DNA of 64,000 bases, taken from Escherichia coli. GTDB taxonomy: Bacteria > Pseudomonadota > Gammaproteobacteria > Enterobacterales > Enterobacteriaceae. The stretch lies in the NCBI RefSeq assembly GCF_016903815.1, contig NZ_CP069974.1, one strand, 5' to 3'. Below are positions 1-11,531 of the stretch, one piece after another. How positions within the stretch are numbered: position 1 is the first letter of the stretch; every line of letters begins with the position of its first letter. A model generated the notes under the pieces. The model did no database searches, had not been told where the DNA came from, and saw only the letters and a list, made by a program, of their open reading frames with translations. The translations under genes and the position numbers were made by a program.

Positions 1-7
1 CGCCGGT

Positions 8-934
8 GTGGCCTTCGGCAAGCAATTTCCCGAGCAGGGCCCGCTCACTGCTGACAGCTTCTCCGGTGGCGAGGCGACCGTCGTTCCGGCGCTGACGCGG
101 CTCGGGTTTCGCATCATTCGCATCGGCGAAGACTGGTCCGAAGAAGAGGTCCTGGCCACGGTCGAAGACTATTTCGACATGCTGCGTGCCGAGGCGGCTG
201 GGGAGCCGTACAACAAGTCCGAGCACAACCAGGCACTGCGCCAACTGCTGAACGGTCGCAGCAAGTCTTCAGTCGAGCTCAAGCACCAGAACATTAGCGC
301 CGTACTCGATGCCCTGGGCCTGCCCTATATCAACGGCTACAAGCCACGCGGCAACAGCCAACTGCTGCTGCGTAAATCCGTACACGCCTACGTTCTGGAA
401 CATCAGCAGACGGTCGGCGCTCTTGTCGATGCCCTGGAGGAGGTAAAACTTCCGGGTGACAAAACCTACCGAGCGGCTTTGGTAGAACCACCCGCCCGTG
501 AAGTGCTTGTGCGTACCCCGGCATCTCTACGGCAACGCCTACCGCGAAAGTTCGATTATGCCGCTCGCGATGAAGCCAACCGCAAGCTGGGCCGGGCAGG
601 GGAGCAGTGGGTGATTGGCTACGAACAGCAACGCCTGACCGAGCTCGGCCACCCAGAGCTTTTTCAGCGGCTGGATTGGGTGTCCGACACCCAGGGAGAC
701 GGTGCGGGGTTCGACATCCTGTCGTTCGAAGAGGACGCCCATGAGCGCTTCATCGAGGTGAAAACCACCAATGGCGGGGTAGGCTCGTCTTTCTTGGTCA
801 GCCACAACGAACTCGAATTCTCCAAGGAGGCGGGCGATCAATTCCATCTGTATCGCGTGTTCCAGTTTCGGGACGGTCCGCGCCTGTTCACGCTACCCGG
901 CGACCTCAGCCAACATGTGCATCTCAAGCCGACG
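8..934 (+). pseudogene. DUF3883-type (restriction-endonuclease-like) protein gene, 3' end replaced by IS26
   Basis: Track ORF 8-961, but sequence from 935 on is IS26. C-terminal half shows the DUF3883-like pattern GFDILSF..RFIEVKTT..VSHNELEF..HLYRVF. GTG start at the window edge, so the 5' end may lie outside. Visibly GC-richer than the F backbone. Confidence 0.5.
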
Positions 935-1754
935 GGCACTGTTGCAAATAGTCGGTGGTGATAAACTTATCATCCCCTTTTGCTGATGGAGCTGCACATG
1001 AACCCATTCAAAGGCCGGCATTTTCAGCGTGACATCATTCTGTGGGCCGTACGCTGGTACTGCAAATACGGCATCAGTTACCGTGAGCTGCAGGAGATGC
1101 TGGCTGAACGCGGAGTGAATGTCGATCACTCCACGATTTACCGCTGGGTTCAGCGTTATGCGCCTGAAATGGAAAAACGGCTGCGCTGGTACTGGCGTAA
1201 CCCTTCCGATCTTTGCCCGTGGCACATGGATGAAACCTACGTGAAGGTCAATGGCCGCTGGGCGTATCTGTACCGGGCCGTCGACAGCCGGGGCCGCACT
1301 GTCGATTTTTATCTCTCCTCCCGTCGTAACAGCAAAGCTGCATACCGGTTTCTGGGTAAAATCCTCAACAACGTGAAGAAGTGGCAGATCCCACGATTCA
1401 TCAACACGGATAAAGCGCCCGCCTATGGTCGCGCGCTTGCTCTGCTCAAACGCGAAGGCCGGTGCCCGTCTGACGTTGAACACCGACAGATTAAGTACCG
1501 GAACAACGTGATTGAATGCGATCATGGCAAACTGAAACGGATAATCAACGCCACGCTGGGATTTAAATCCATGAAGACGGCTTACGCCACCATCAAAGGT
1601 ATTGAGGTGATGCGTGCACTACGCAAAGGCCAGGCCTCAGCATTTTATTATGGTGATCCCCTGGGCGAAATGCGCCTGGTAAGCAGAGTTTTTGAAATGT
1701 AAGGCCTTTGAATAAGACAAAAGGCTGCCTCATCGCTAACTTTGCAACAGTGCC
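935..1754 (+). mobile_element. IS26
   Basis: 820 bp. Terminal inverted repeats GGCACTGTTGCAAA (935-948) and TTTGCAACAGTGCC (1741-1754). Flanking 8 bp differ (AGCCGACG vs CTTTTTTC), so there is no target duplication. Confidence 0.97.
998..1702 (+). CDS. tnpA: IS26 transposase (IS6 family DDE)
   Basis: 234-aa ORF MNPFKGRHFQRDIILWAVRWYCKYGISYREL... recognised as Tnp26. Track ORF 980-1702 adds 6 upstream codons. Confidence 0.95.
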   Translation: MNPFKGRHFQRDIILWAVRWYCKYGISYRELQEMLAERGVNVDHSTIYRWVQRYAPEMEKRLRWYWRNPSDLCPWHMDETYVKVNGRWAYLYRAVDSRGRTVDFYLSSRRNSKAAYRFLGKILNNVKKWQIPRFINTDKAPAYGRALALLKREGRCPSDVEHRQIKYRNNVIECDHGKLKRIINATLGFKSMKTAYATIKGIEVMRALRKGQASAFYYGDPLGEMRLVSRVFEM

Positions 1755-4479
1755 CTTTTTTCTGCCTCATACGACGCACGGGAAACCAGCAGACCTGTGC
1801 CATAGCCTTTTGCCACATCCACATACAGTAAGTCACCGCGTTTTATCTGCGCATTGATTTCCCCTCCCAGTTCAGTAAAACCGGTTCCTTCTGCAGCAAA
1901 CGACTTCGCCTCTGTCAGCAGGTCCACCATGCTGAAGGCCAGGTTTTTACTTTCCAGCACAGGAAGGGCCAGATGAATGGCCTGCTGTGCCGGCGTGTGA
2001 AGCCCGGCTTTCTGCAGACTGATAGCGGTTTCCAGCAATGTCTCACCGGCACGCGCCTTTATCTGATCAGAAACCACCGTAAAGGAGGGATGGCGGGCAA
2101 GTTTTTCCGCAGTACGGGGTTCATCCAGCGAGGAATACAGCCGGACATCACGACCACTGCGGGCCAGACCGTTCAGGGTCGCGTTGTCCATCGCCATCTG
2201 TGTGACGGAGGCAAAAACCGTCGCACTGTCGCTGACGGAATGCCCGGGCGTTTCCACCCAGCCGTTCTCCAGCTTCAGTGCCGTGAATGGTGAATCAGCC
2301 ACAGGCAGGGTGGCCGGTTCAGCCCGCCCCGGCACAACAACCGTCATCGCATCTTCACTGACGGATGCCACCTGCAGGCGGTCACCGCCGGAGACGCGGA
2401 GTCCGGGAATTTTCCCTGTCACCCTCAGTCGCTCGCCGTCTGCCACCGGCATTTTTTCCGGCCGGAACAGCGACCAGCTGCTGTCCAGGGAGGAAATACG
2501 CACCACCTGCGTTTCGCCCTGCGCATCCCGCAGGTTCAGGCTGTGACTCTGCGCTGTCACCCGGTCTATCACATAGCGGTCATGACTGCGTGTCTCCGGG
2601 TTCCACTGCTCCATCACCATCCCCGGTCGGTACATATCCCGCAGATAACGGCTCCGGCTGTCCAGCCAGACCGGTGACAGTGCAGTCATGGTCACCTCAG
2701 GGTGTCCGAGCACGCCCTGCGTTTTCAGCTCACTGCGAATGGCCTCTGTCAGTATGGCCTGTTCCCGTACCCCGCTGACCTGTGCCACGCTCTCTTCTCC
2801 GGCTTTCACGCTGGCCGCAAAATCTCCGGCCAGCCGGGCATAGCGGACATTACGGTCCGGTTCACTGATGATGGTGGCCGGTCGCTGTTCTCCCCCCTGC
2901 CAGCGATATGTGTTCACCCCGGCATCCTTCATGGCCATCAGTGCACTGCCTGTACCGGTTCGCTGCCCGCTGTCGGTTATCAGGACCTGTACGTTATGAC
3001 GTGCGGCACCATCCAGCAGGGTTAACGTCTCTTTCAGGGAGAGTTTTTCGCCCTGGTCGACGATAACGGTACTGCCCGGCGGGAAGGCCATGCCTTCCAG
3101 CAACTGACGACGTCCGGTTATCAGTTCACCGGACAGCCGTTCATCCTGCTTCAGGTTCATCTGCGAGCGACGGTCAGCAGCGATAATCTGCACCTCCCGC
3201 CCCTGCTCCCGGGCCATCATGACCAGTTCAGCCACCCGCTCACGCTGCCCGGCTGCACCGCCCTGCCCGGACACAATGGCCAGCGACGGGCGATCCTGTG
3301 CCAGAACACTGACGGCATCGCTGTAACCGGCCGTCCGGGGGACACTTTTCTCCGGATGTACGGTCACCCGGTTCTGTTTCATGATGTCACGACTGAGTGC
3401 CCGGACTGACAGCTCATCGAGCACATGAATCCCGGACGTGAACAGCCCCTTCTCACGATCGAGGGGGATAAGCTGCTCACGGCTGATGGCCTCATCGATA
3501 CCGGCGCGTGCCCGTTCAATCACACCATTTTCCGGCGGCAGTATGCCGACCGTCCTGGCCAGCACGTCCGTATACGTGAACTGCACTTTTCGTTCACTTA
3601 ATCCGGCAATGGCCTGTGTCACCGCCTGCTGCACATCCGGCCCGTCCTGTGAAGCAGGCCCGGGCGCCTGCGTGCGGATCTCCGCACGCTGATCCGCCGC
3701 GTCACGATATGCCCGGATGTCGAACCCGGTTTCCTTCAGCGTCTGCATCCATTCAGCCATTCTGACTTCAGGATCGACGTGCTGTTTGGATTTACGCGTA
3801 TCCAGTGCCGCCACATCCCGGGATTTCAGCGAGGCGTCTTCACCGACGGCCTCCCGGATAGCCTGTGAGCGTCCGGAGAAGGCTTCCACCGGTACGCCCG
3901 GCATCTCCCACATACCGTGCTTACCGACCACTTCGGTTTCATAACCCAGCGCCTCAACGCGCTGACGTAACTCACTCTGATATATTTTCCCGAACGCAAT
4001 CCGGTTCGCGAGCACGTTCTCGGAAAATCCGGTTTTCCCCACTTTGTCACTGCTCAGTGTCTTCCATTCGCCGTTATGCTGCGTGACATTAGCCACCACC
4101 ACATGCGTGTGTAACTGTGGGTCCTGATCGCGACTGGTGTCATGGTTAAACAGTGCCATCACCAGATTACCGGTCAGCACCGTTTCTGACTGTCCGTCCG
4201 TCATCACCCGTGTGGAAGCCAGCGCCTCCACCTGACGGACAGCAAAATCCACAGCCTGGTTATGTGCATCAATAAGACGTTTATCCCCCCCGAGCATGGC
4301 CATCATGGAGACACTTTTGGGGGCGGAGAAGGTCAGGTCGTAGCCGGGACGATGCTTATTACTGCCATCCTGCATGCGGCTTAAATCCGCCCCGTCCGGC
4401 AGCCTGCCCTCCAGAAGACGGGTAAAAACATCCTTATCGACGCTGCCCTGCAGCCCAAGCTGTTCAGCCCCCTGAACGG
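1755..4479 (-). pseudogene. traI: traI relaxase/helicase fragment missing both ends
   Basis: Track ORF 1736-4489 matches F-type TraI from [16 protein letters not shown] (about residue 37) through the relaxase histidine motif QLHTHVVVANV to ...SRASYEAEK (about residue 950 of about 1756, from memory), then reads into IS26. The C-terminal helicase half is absent. Confidence 0.9.
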
Positions 4480-4643
4480 AAAAAAGCACGGGTGTTCATG
4501 ACGTCAAACAGCGTGGCCGCCGCTTTCTCACCGTAGATATCTTCCAGCTGGGCATAGGACTGGATACCAAACACATAACAGCCACCGAACTTACGGGCTT
4601 CCGGCAGGATCTCCACCAGGTCCGGCAGTTTGTGTAACGTGGG
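4480..4643 (-). pseudogene. traD: internal traD fragment (about 55 codons)
   Basis: Minus-strand translation [56 protein letters not shown] matches an internal TraD segment. No start or stop of its own. Boundaries +/- 5 nt. Confidence 0.8.
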
Positions 4644-4809
4644 TACCCTGGCTGACTTTGATACTGCCCAGCGAGAGCGGGAAAATACAGCTCCAGCAGA
4701 TATCCGTGATCGGGTTTACAAAACGCCCCTCACAGGCAGAATCCGCAGACGCCGCAGGGACATGACCGGCGAGAAGGAATAACATCAGCAGCCACAGTCT
4801 TCGCTTCAT
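4644..4809 (-). pseudogene. traU: traU 5' fragment (signal peptide plus about 55 residues)
   Basis: [55 protein letters not shown] matches the TraU N-terminus. The frame then runs into traD-derived DNA (track ORF 4591-4809). Confidence 0.85.
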
Positions 4810-5150
4810 TTTCTGCCCTCCTCTGCCGGAATAAATTCCACCTTCAGGAAGCGATCGCCGGGAACGGCGCTCACCCGTGCCGGGACCTGATCAATGCCGA
4901 GGCGCTGGCAGAGCACACCGTTCTGGTCAAAGTAAATACGGCTGTCCAGCGCTTTCTGCATCTCCGGGATACTGCCCTGCACGAGGATAATTTTGCTCTC
5001 CAGTGTGGGCGGCGTCTGGCGTTTCATCCAGGCCACCTGCGCCGGATCATCGCCATTGATGAAATACAGCGTCTGGTTAAAAGGAACATACTGCAGCGGA
5101 TTCATCACTTCACCCTGACGGGCAAACACCCGCCCTTCGTTATCCCGGAT
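4806..5150 (-). pseudogene. traW: traW 3' fragment (last 114 codons)
   Basis: IRDNEGRVFARQGEVMNPLQYVPFNQTLYFINGDD...FIPAEEGRK matches the TraW C-terminus and has no own start. The upstream part of track ORF 4806-5384 is out-of-frame traC sequence. Confidence 0.85.
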
Positions 5151-7467
5151 ACAGCTGGTTGTATTTTGCGAACTCCTTCGCACTCTGTTTGAGGATAATT
5201 TTGTAGGAGGAGTTACCCCATGCCGCACGGGCCGCACTGGAGGCCTTGTCAGAGTCAAAGTCGACGATGTTCTGTGTGATGGTGATATAAGCACCGGTAT
5301 GACGACGGGCGGTACGGTAACCTTTCTCAATAAACTCACCGACCTTGTAATTTTTGAAGTCCAGCAGACGCCAGCCTTCATCAATGACGTTCAGTTTCTT
5401 GAGGTTACGCGGCGTGCGGTACATCCTGTTCTCGATGTAGATAATCAGGGAGAACATCACCGCAACCAGCAGTGACGGACGGTCTTCCAGTCCGCCCAGC
5501 TCCAGCACCACCATTTTTGCGTCATCCCGCAGGGACGGCTCATCAGAGTTAAAATACTGACCGTAAGTGCCGTTGGCAGTGTACTGGTCAAGCAGCACAA
5601 TCATTTCGTCCAGACGGCTGCGGATAGTCGGTGACCCGGCATACTGCTCGCTGTCACTGGCGTTTTTCAGGAAATCCACCACGTCATCAATACGTGCCCT
5701 GTTCTCTTTGGCCAGCCAGGAGGCCCTGACCGCCTGCAGCAGCAGACCTTCATGCACTTCATCCAGGTTACCGTTGGGGCTGGCCATCACTGACAACTGG
5801 TCACGGACACGCTCCGCTGACTGGTCGATATCGGTGATATTCGCAAACGGGTTAAAACGCAGGGTTTCACCGTCCAGATATACGCCACCCATGTTCTCAC
5901 ACAGGGACTTGTAGCCATCCCCCATGTCGAACACCACGGCAAAGCCCCCGGAGTCCAGCACGCTGCGGATAAGGGGCTGTATCAGTCCGGTTTTACCGGC
6001 CCCGGAGGTGCCACAGACCGCCATGTTGTAGTTGGTGTTATTCATCCCCCGGAAGAAAATATCGATAAACGCCAGCTGGTTACGGTAGGTGGGTGCCAGC
6101 AGACCTGCCGGTGTCAGGGGGTTATCCGCCACTAACGGCATCAGGTTGGCAACATTAAAGCTCTCTGCGCGCTGAACCACACCGGCCTCTTTCAGCTGTT
6201 TAAACAGCCCTTTCCCGGCCATAAAGGGCAGGCAGGTCAGGAAATTGCGCATGTGGTTAAAGCGCGGTGAAATCAGCTCAAAACCGTTTTTACGGAAGCT
6301 GTTCAGGATGTCCTGCTCCACTTCCAGTGCCGTTTCATTATTGTCCTTGCAGAAGGCTGTGATGTTGAGGAAGTAGGACACGACAGAAGACTGACCGGAG
6401 CCCAGCCGCTGACGCAGTTCCCCCCACTCCTTCGCCTCTTTCTCCACGGACGGAAACCATTTGGCATAGGAGGTCTTCGACTTTTTCTCCAGGTCCATGT
6501 ACTTCAGGTTGGCTTCGCTGTGGGTTTTCACCTGGTCTTCCACCACCAGAGTCAGCGTCAGGATGAACGGACAGGAGATGGACAGTTCCGGGTTCAGCAG
6601 GTTGCTGTAGTTGTCGGCCATATTCCACAGGAAGGCGATTTCCGGGTTACGGGCCAGATGGAAATTCAGGATGCGGGCCGTGCTGTTCCTGCCGTTCTCA
6701 CGCAGGCCCAGCGTCAGGTAATCAGCCCGGACTTTCAGGTCAAAACTGTCCTCCACACACTGATAATTCAGATCAGAATACGGGTCCAGCTGACGTCTTT
6801 TCGGGTACAGGGAGTCCGGGTTATGATTAATCATCTCCCCGACAATATCGATAAAGGCCTGTGCATCCACCGTCTGTGTGGCGATACTGGCCCCCTGTAA
6901 CGACGCCCGGATGATTTTCACCAGGTTTTCCATTTCCAGAATGTCAGCCCGGCTTTTTTTCTTCGAGGGAGAACAGTACGAGAAGAATACCCGGTAATGG
7001 CGCAGGGTCAGGGGCAGATTCATCCCCTCCGGCAGCGGAAACTGTGTCGCTGCCGCGTTCATATAATAGGCACGGGTAATGGCGTTAAACCGTTCAGCCT
7101 GTTCACCGGACCAGGAGAACTCACGCAGCCCGTATTCAATTCTGTCACCAACAAGCTGGCTGGACTTCAGATGGATGCAGAACGGCACTCCGCGTGGCAG
7201 TTTGGTGCGCAGCATGTGGTCGAGCGCCTCCACAATGGACTCATTCGCCCCATTGATGGGAATGGCTTCCAGCATAAAGCCCATCGTGGTGTCATTCATG
7301 AACAGACCGGACTCCTGGTTGTAATCACGGTACGGCAGCAGACGGCTGAACTGCGGGAAGCTCATTTCGCCCAGAACTTCATTGGCCTTTGCGGATTCGT
7401 CAGGCAGTTTCAGTGCTGTGACGAGGGAGTTAACCGCCTGAGTGACGGCCTCAAGTGGGTTATTCAC
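5140..7467 (-). pseudogene. traC: traC (VirB4-type ATPase) truncated at the 3' end by fusion to traW
   Basis: 775-aa ORF with Walker A GTSGAGKT, colinear with F TraC up to ...AKYNQLYP, then Gly-stop at the junction. About 100 C-terminal residues are missing (875 aa in F, from memory). Confidence 0.85.
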
Positions 7468-7626
7468 ATGAATTCCTTAGTTGAAAAATAAAGCGAGAAA
7501 TGCGGTAGCCATGAAGGGAATACCTGTAATTAACGCGCCATTTCCCGGCGCATATACAAAGATTTCGGTTTTCTGAATATCAACTCATGTTCATCCGGAA
7601 TTAAATCAATATGTTCTGCGACTGAC

Positions 7627-7848
7627 TTATGCATAATGTTTTCTCTGCTTTTCCTGATACGCCTGACATTCAACGCACAACGTCACACCGGGAAATATTT
7701 TCCGCCGGGCTTCCGGAATAGGATTTCCGCATGCTTCACAGAGATAAACAGGAATACCATGAACATTTATTTTCTGGCGTATCCGGTTTATTCCTGTCAT
7801 GGTCAGTTGTTCTGTCACTGAATATGCTTCATCGGCTTCATCACTCAC
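7627..7848 (-). CDS. traR: TraR (DksA-like zinc finger)
   Basis: 73 aa MSDEADEAYSVTEQLTMTGINRIRQKI...CEACGNPIPEARRKIFPGVTLCVECQ, matching F TraR. Confidence 0.9.
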   Translation of the reverse strand: MSDEADEAYSVTEQLTMTGINRIRQKINVHGIPVYLCEACGNPIPEARRKIFPGVTLCVECQAYQEKQRKHYA

Positions 7849-7982
7849 GGAATATTCCTCCCGACATGTTCTGACACGCTACCGCCCATCCCTTTTCACG
7901 CACAGGGCACTCGTTTTACAGGCAGATTTTGAATACAGAAAGCCCGCCGGCATTGCCGGCTGATATACAACTTCAGGGCCAG

Positions 7983-8498
7983 TTAATTAATACGTGGTTT
8001 TCCCCACGCAGACGGTTTAATAACAAAAAACACACTGGATGGCTGATGATAAACATCCTGATTATCAATATAAGGCGCTATCCATAATGCAGCCGTCTGC
8101 TCACCCGTTCTTAGCGGGCGGGGAGGTGTTACCGGCGCAACTGAACTGACCGGAACAATCGTTTTCACTTCCCGGGCAGCCGTAAACAACGGACGTGGTG
8201 CCAGCAGTTTCTGCTCCGGAAGTGCCGTCACCGCAGGTCTGCTGCCGGACGGAGGGGTCGCGGTGACGGTCTGCACCGGCATTGTCCGGAAGTTCCCTTC
8301 AGCCAGGCGCGGCAGTGATGCCGCAACCGGCTTTGCTTCTGAGGACTGCTCCAGTTCTTTGGCCTTCTCATTGGCCTGCTCCATCGTCATACAGGTATCG
8401 GATGTGGTGGCGTTACACTCAAATTCCGTACTGGTTCCGGCACAGCCGGAAAGTAATAACGTTCCCAGCAGAGGAATAAATAAAGAAATCTGTTTCAT
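7983..8498 (-). CDS. traV: TraV outer-membrane lipoprotein
   Basis: 171 aa with lipobox LLLSGC, colinear with F TraV. Confidence 0.9.
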   Translation of the reverse strand: MKQISLFIPLLGTLLLSGCAGTSTEFECNATTSDTCMTMEQANEKAKELEQSSEAKPVAASLPRLAEGNFRTMPVQTVTATPPSGSRPAVTALPEQKLLAPRPLFTAAREVKTIVPVSSVAPVTPPRPLRTGEQTAALWIAPYIDNQDVYHQPSSVFFVIKPSAWGKPRIN

Positions 8499-8857
8499 TA
8501 CCCTTCTCCTTTTTTATTACTCTCCACAACAGCAGAAATTAACTCTACTGTCAGATTTGTTTTTCCTGCACAGGGTTGTCCGGAGACTACTGTATTTCCC
8601 GGAGAAGAAAATAAGCTCATCGACATACCCTTCTTCATCACACCGACAGCTGCCATATTAAAATTGTGCGGCAATGATTCAGAACCGAATTCCTTCAGTG
8701 CAGGAAGTACGATTCTTGTGGTGCAGTTACTGAGAACAGCATTCATAAAATCATCTGATACGCTTTTATCCGGTACAGAGCGTGCAGTAATAATATTACG
8801 CATGTTCATTTTTATCTCCGTTGTTTCTGTTTGCCCTGTCATCAGGGAAATAAACAT
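8498..8857 (-). CDS. trbG: TrbG-like small tra protein (start uncertain, possibly 8809)
   Basis: ORF sits between traP and traV as in the F order traP-trbD-trbG-traV. Internal start MNMRNIITARSV is likely. Confidence 0.5.
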   Translation of the reverse strand: MFISLMTGQTETTEIKMNMRNIITARSVPDKSVSDDFMNAVLSNCTTRIVLPALKEFGSESLPHNFNMAAVGVMKKGMSMSLFSSPGNTVVSGQPCAGKTNLTVELISAVVESNKKGEG

Positions 8858-9383
8858 GGCATTTCCTGATTTTTTCCGACAGAGAAGTATCTTCCGTATA
8901 AACTTCCTTCAGATGTTCATCTGCGGTTCCCACCCGGACACATTTCATTTTTCCGGGTCGCACCGGATATTTCCCGGTGATCGCTGCCAGCGAGACATAC
9001 ATCAGTGCCAGTGTTGCCCAGAATGCGGTGACCAGTTGCATCAGTGACCGGTCAGTCTCCCTGACATAATCTGCAGCATCAGCCGCGCGGTAATGGCAGA
9101 TATCCTGTATTTCTGATCTGCCTGAAGAATCAGAGGAAGAAAACCAGCATTCACTGACCGGGAACTGTCCGGCAGGTGCTGTTTGTCTTACGAAGTTAAT
9201 CTCCTTAACCAGTAATTTCCCCGGCGTGGTGTTGTCCTTCCATAAAACAAACAGAGCCATCAGGGCCATTGTGGCCAGCGGCCAGATAACCACAAACCTG
9301 ACGACCCACAGCAGCCAGCGAACGACAAACGCCACACGGAATGTCAGTGCATCACCCGCCATTTCCGCCCTCCTTGCCGGCAT
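8796..9383 (-). CDS. traP: TraP
   Basis: 195 aa. The core ...ATMALMALFVLWKDNTTPGKLLVKEINFVRQTAPAGQFPVSECWF... matches F TraP. Confidence 0.8.
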   Translation of the reverse strand: MPARRAEMAGDALTFRVAFVVRWLLWVVRFVVIWPLATMALMALFVLWKDNTTPGKLLVKEINFVRQTAPAGQFPVSECWFSSSDSSGRSEIQDICHYRAADAADYVRETDRSLMQLVTAFWATLALMYVSLAAITGKYPVRPGKMKCVRVGTADEHLKEVYTEDTSLSEKIRKCHVYFPDDRANRNNGDKNEHA

Positions 9384-10803
9384 CCCCGCCCTGCGGGTTC
9401 TTGTCTCCGGACATAAACTGCTGCGGATTCAGATTGCCCAGCTGCTTCAGCATCTGGTCGGTGTTAAAACCGTTCAGGTGGCTTTCTGCCGAGGGAGGAT
9501 TCGGCACAGGGCTTTCCGGGTTACCCTCTTCCGCTGTACTCTGTGACTGCTCCAGCGCCATTTCCTCCACGGTTTTCAGCTGGAAGCCGTCCTGGAACAC
9601 CACTGTCACTTCGTTGCCCGCACCAATCGGTATCACCGGGTGATACTGTTCGGCACGTTTGATGTAGTAGTCACTGAGCGTCTGTGCGGCTTTCGATGCG
9701 CCGCCACCGATACCCATTTTAAGGACATCGCCGGCCCCGTAAGCGGCTGTGGCACCCAGCCCGACAGCCGGCTGGGAGGCGCGCTCCATTCCCTGACCGA
9801 TACCGTCAACAAATCCCGCGCCCCATGCCCAGCCGAGGATTTTGCCGTTACGCATCACCACTTCGCCCTTGATACCGTTTTTACCCCGGAAGCTGACATG
9901 CCCCTTAATCGGCATATCAATGGTTTTGCCATTCTTCAGGCAGCTGATATTACGGGTGCGAACAATAGCACGTTCACTGGAGACATCCCCCCAGGCTTCC
10001 AGCCCCACAAAACATCCCGTTGCGTCATACGTCTTGCTGTTCGGCATTTCCACCAGACCGGTGATACGCAGCTGCATCGGCACCGTGGATTCATTACCGG
10101 TGACTGAGGCATTGGCATCCGCCCCTTCAATCAGCATGGCTTTCGCAAAACTTCCTGACGGAATGTACGGCAGCGATGGTCCCTGTTTTCCCTCATTACG
10201 GGTAAACACCTTACGCTGTATCCGGTTAGGCACCGGCACAGACTGGTACATCACCTGTGGTGGTGGCGTGACACCATTCCCGGGATAAAACGCCGTCGGC
10301 GGTGGAACAGCAACGCTGCCCTGCGGCGGGAAGGATACGGGGGTGTTTCCCGGCTGTGGTTCGCCTTCCGGCCCGGGCGGTGAGGCTGGCGTCTGCGGTA
10401 CAGGCTCACCGGTCGCCGTGACGGGATTAGCACCCAGGGCTTTTACCTGCTCTGCCAGGGCGGCATTGTCCTGTCCCAGTTTTTCAATACGACGCTGGTC
10501 ATCACCGCGCTGTTTGTTCAGGACATCCAGTTCACGACGGATTTCCTCATACTGCTTCTGCATCTGCGCTGCCGTCACCTGCATCTCTGTGGTGGCATGC
10601 TGACGCACCTTGTCATCAAAGGTCGTATCCACCACACCGGTCATATCCGGCACAGGCTCCTGTTCAGCCACGGTTTCCCCGTTACCGGACATGTCCACAT
10701 CAGACAGATACAGTGCCCCACCAATCGCGGAGGCTGTACCGACAACCACAATCCCCAGCCACAGGTACTGCTTGCGTTTCACAATGGTGTTGATACTGGC
10801 CAT
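9352..10803 (-). CDS. traB: TraB (VirB10-like)
   Basis: 483 aa with an N-terminal TM segment, coiled coil, Pro-rich linker and a VirB10-like C-terminal domain. Position is between traK and traP. Confidence 0.9.
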   Translation of the reverse strand: MASINTIVKRKQYLWLGIVVVGTASAIGGALYLSDVDMSGNGETVAEQEPVPDMTGVVDTTFDDKVRQHATTEMQVTAAQMQKQYEEIRRELDVLNKQRGDDQRRIEKLGQDNAALAEQVKALGANPVTATGEPVPQTPASPPGPEGEPQPGNTPVSFPPQGSVAVPPPTAFYPGNGVTPPPQVMYQSVPVPNRIQRKVFTRNEGKQGPSLPYIPSGSFAKAMLIEGADANASVTGNESTVPMQLRITGLVEMPNSKTYDATGCFVGLEAWGDVSSERAIVRTRNISCLKNGKTIDMPIKGHVSFRGKNGIKGEVVMRNGKILGWAWGAGFVDGIGQGMERASQPAVGLGATAAYGAGDVLKMGIGGGASKAAQTLSDYYIKRAEQYHPVIPIGAGNEVTVVFQDGFQLKTVEEMALEQSQSTAEEGNPESPVPNPPSAESHLNGFNTDQMLKQLGNLNPQQFMSGDKNPQGGDAGKEGGNGG

Positions 10804-11531
10804 CAGTTGCCCTCCCCGTCACGGATGACATACACATCCATGCACGCACCTGCCAGTAACTGGCTGGCAGGCTGGCTGAACATCACGGCACGGGTTCCCG
10901 GCTGCCAGAAGTCACTTTCCCGGATATTCAGGGCAGACAGCGTTTTATTTTCCACGGCAAAGCGGACCATCTTCAGGTGATTCCCCGTCCATACGGCATC
11001 TGCCACTGAAGACAGCCCCGCCGGGGCCTGCAGGGTTTCCTTTGTCACAGGAACCTGATACCAGCCTGCAGGTAATTTTCCGCCACGGACAGCCTGGCTG
11101 ATGGTCACAAGCAGGGATTCGTAAGGCGTGGACGTTTCCCACGCACCGGCTTCTTCTCCGGTTCCGCGCAGGTCACTGACCAGCTGAATGGTACGCCCCG
11201 CGCCTTCACGGGGAACGGCCTGAATGGAAAGATTCAGACCACGTTCTGTTTCCAGAATGAACGTAAAGGGCTTTTTGTTGACGGTGGCAACCACCACACC
11301 GCCGGAGGCGGTCTGCTCATTATTGGTCAGGGCACCATCCAGACTGTTCACGGCGATAATCCGGTCACCGGGAACGGTAAACAGATTCGGGCTGGTATTG
11401 CTGATGGCAATACTGGCCTGACCACCGTTCACCATTGGCACCACGGTGGGGGACAGCGTACCGTTTGCGGCCATCACGCTGCAGGAAAAAAACAGGCTGC
11501 CGAATATTATTGCCGTATTATTTTTTCTCAT
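10803..11531 (-). CDS. traK: TraK (VirB9-like)
   Basis: 242 aa with a signal peptide, in the F order traE-traK-traB, with ATGA-type overlap to traB. Confidence 0.9.
   Translation of the reverse strand: MRKNNTAIIFGSLFFSCSVMAANGTLSPTVVPMVNGGQASIAISNTSPNLFTVPGDRIIAVNSLDGALTNNEQTASGGVVVATVNKKPFTFILETERGLNLSIQAVPREGAGRTIQLVSDLRGTGEEAGAWETSTPYESLLVTISQAVRGGKLPAGWYQVPVTKETLQAPAGLSSVADAVWTGNHLKMVRFAVENKTLSALNIRESDFWQPGTRAVMFSQPASQLLAGACMDVYVIRDGEGN

Noticed and set aside
1973-4086. Many 70-140-aa ORFs on both strands inside traI
   Set aside because: All are nested in or antisense to the clearly recognisable TraI reading frame.
5567-7491. Plus-strand ORFs of 80-165 aa opposite traC
   Set aside because: They are antisense to a well-supported TraC frame. 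No RBS or motif was seen.
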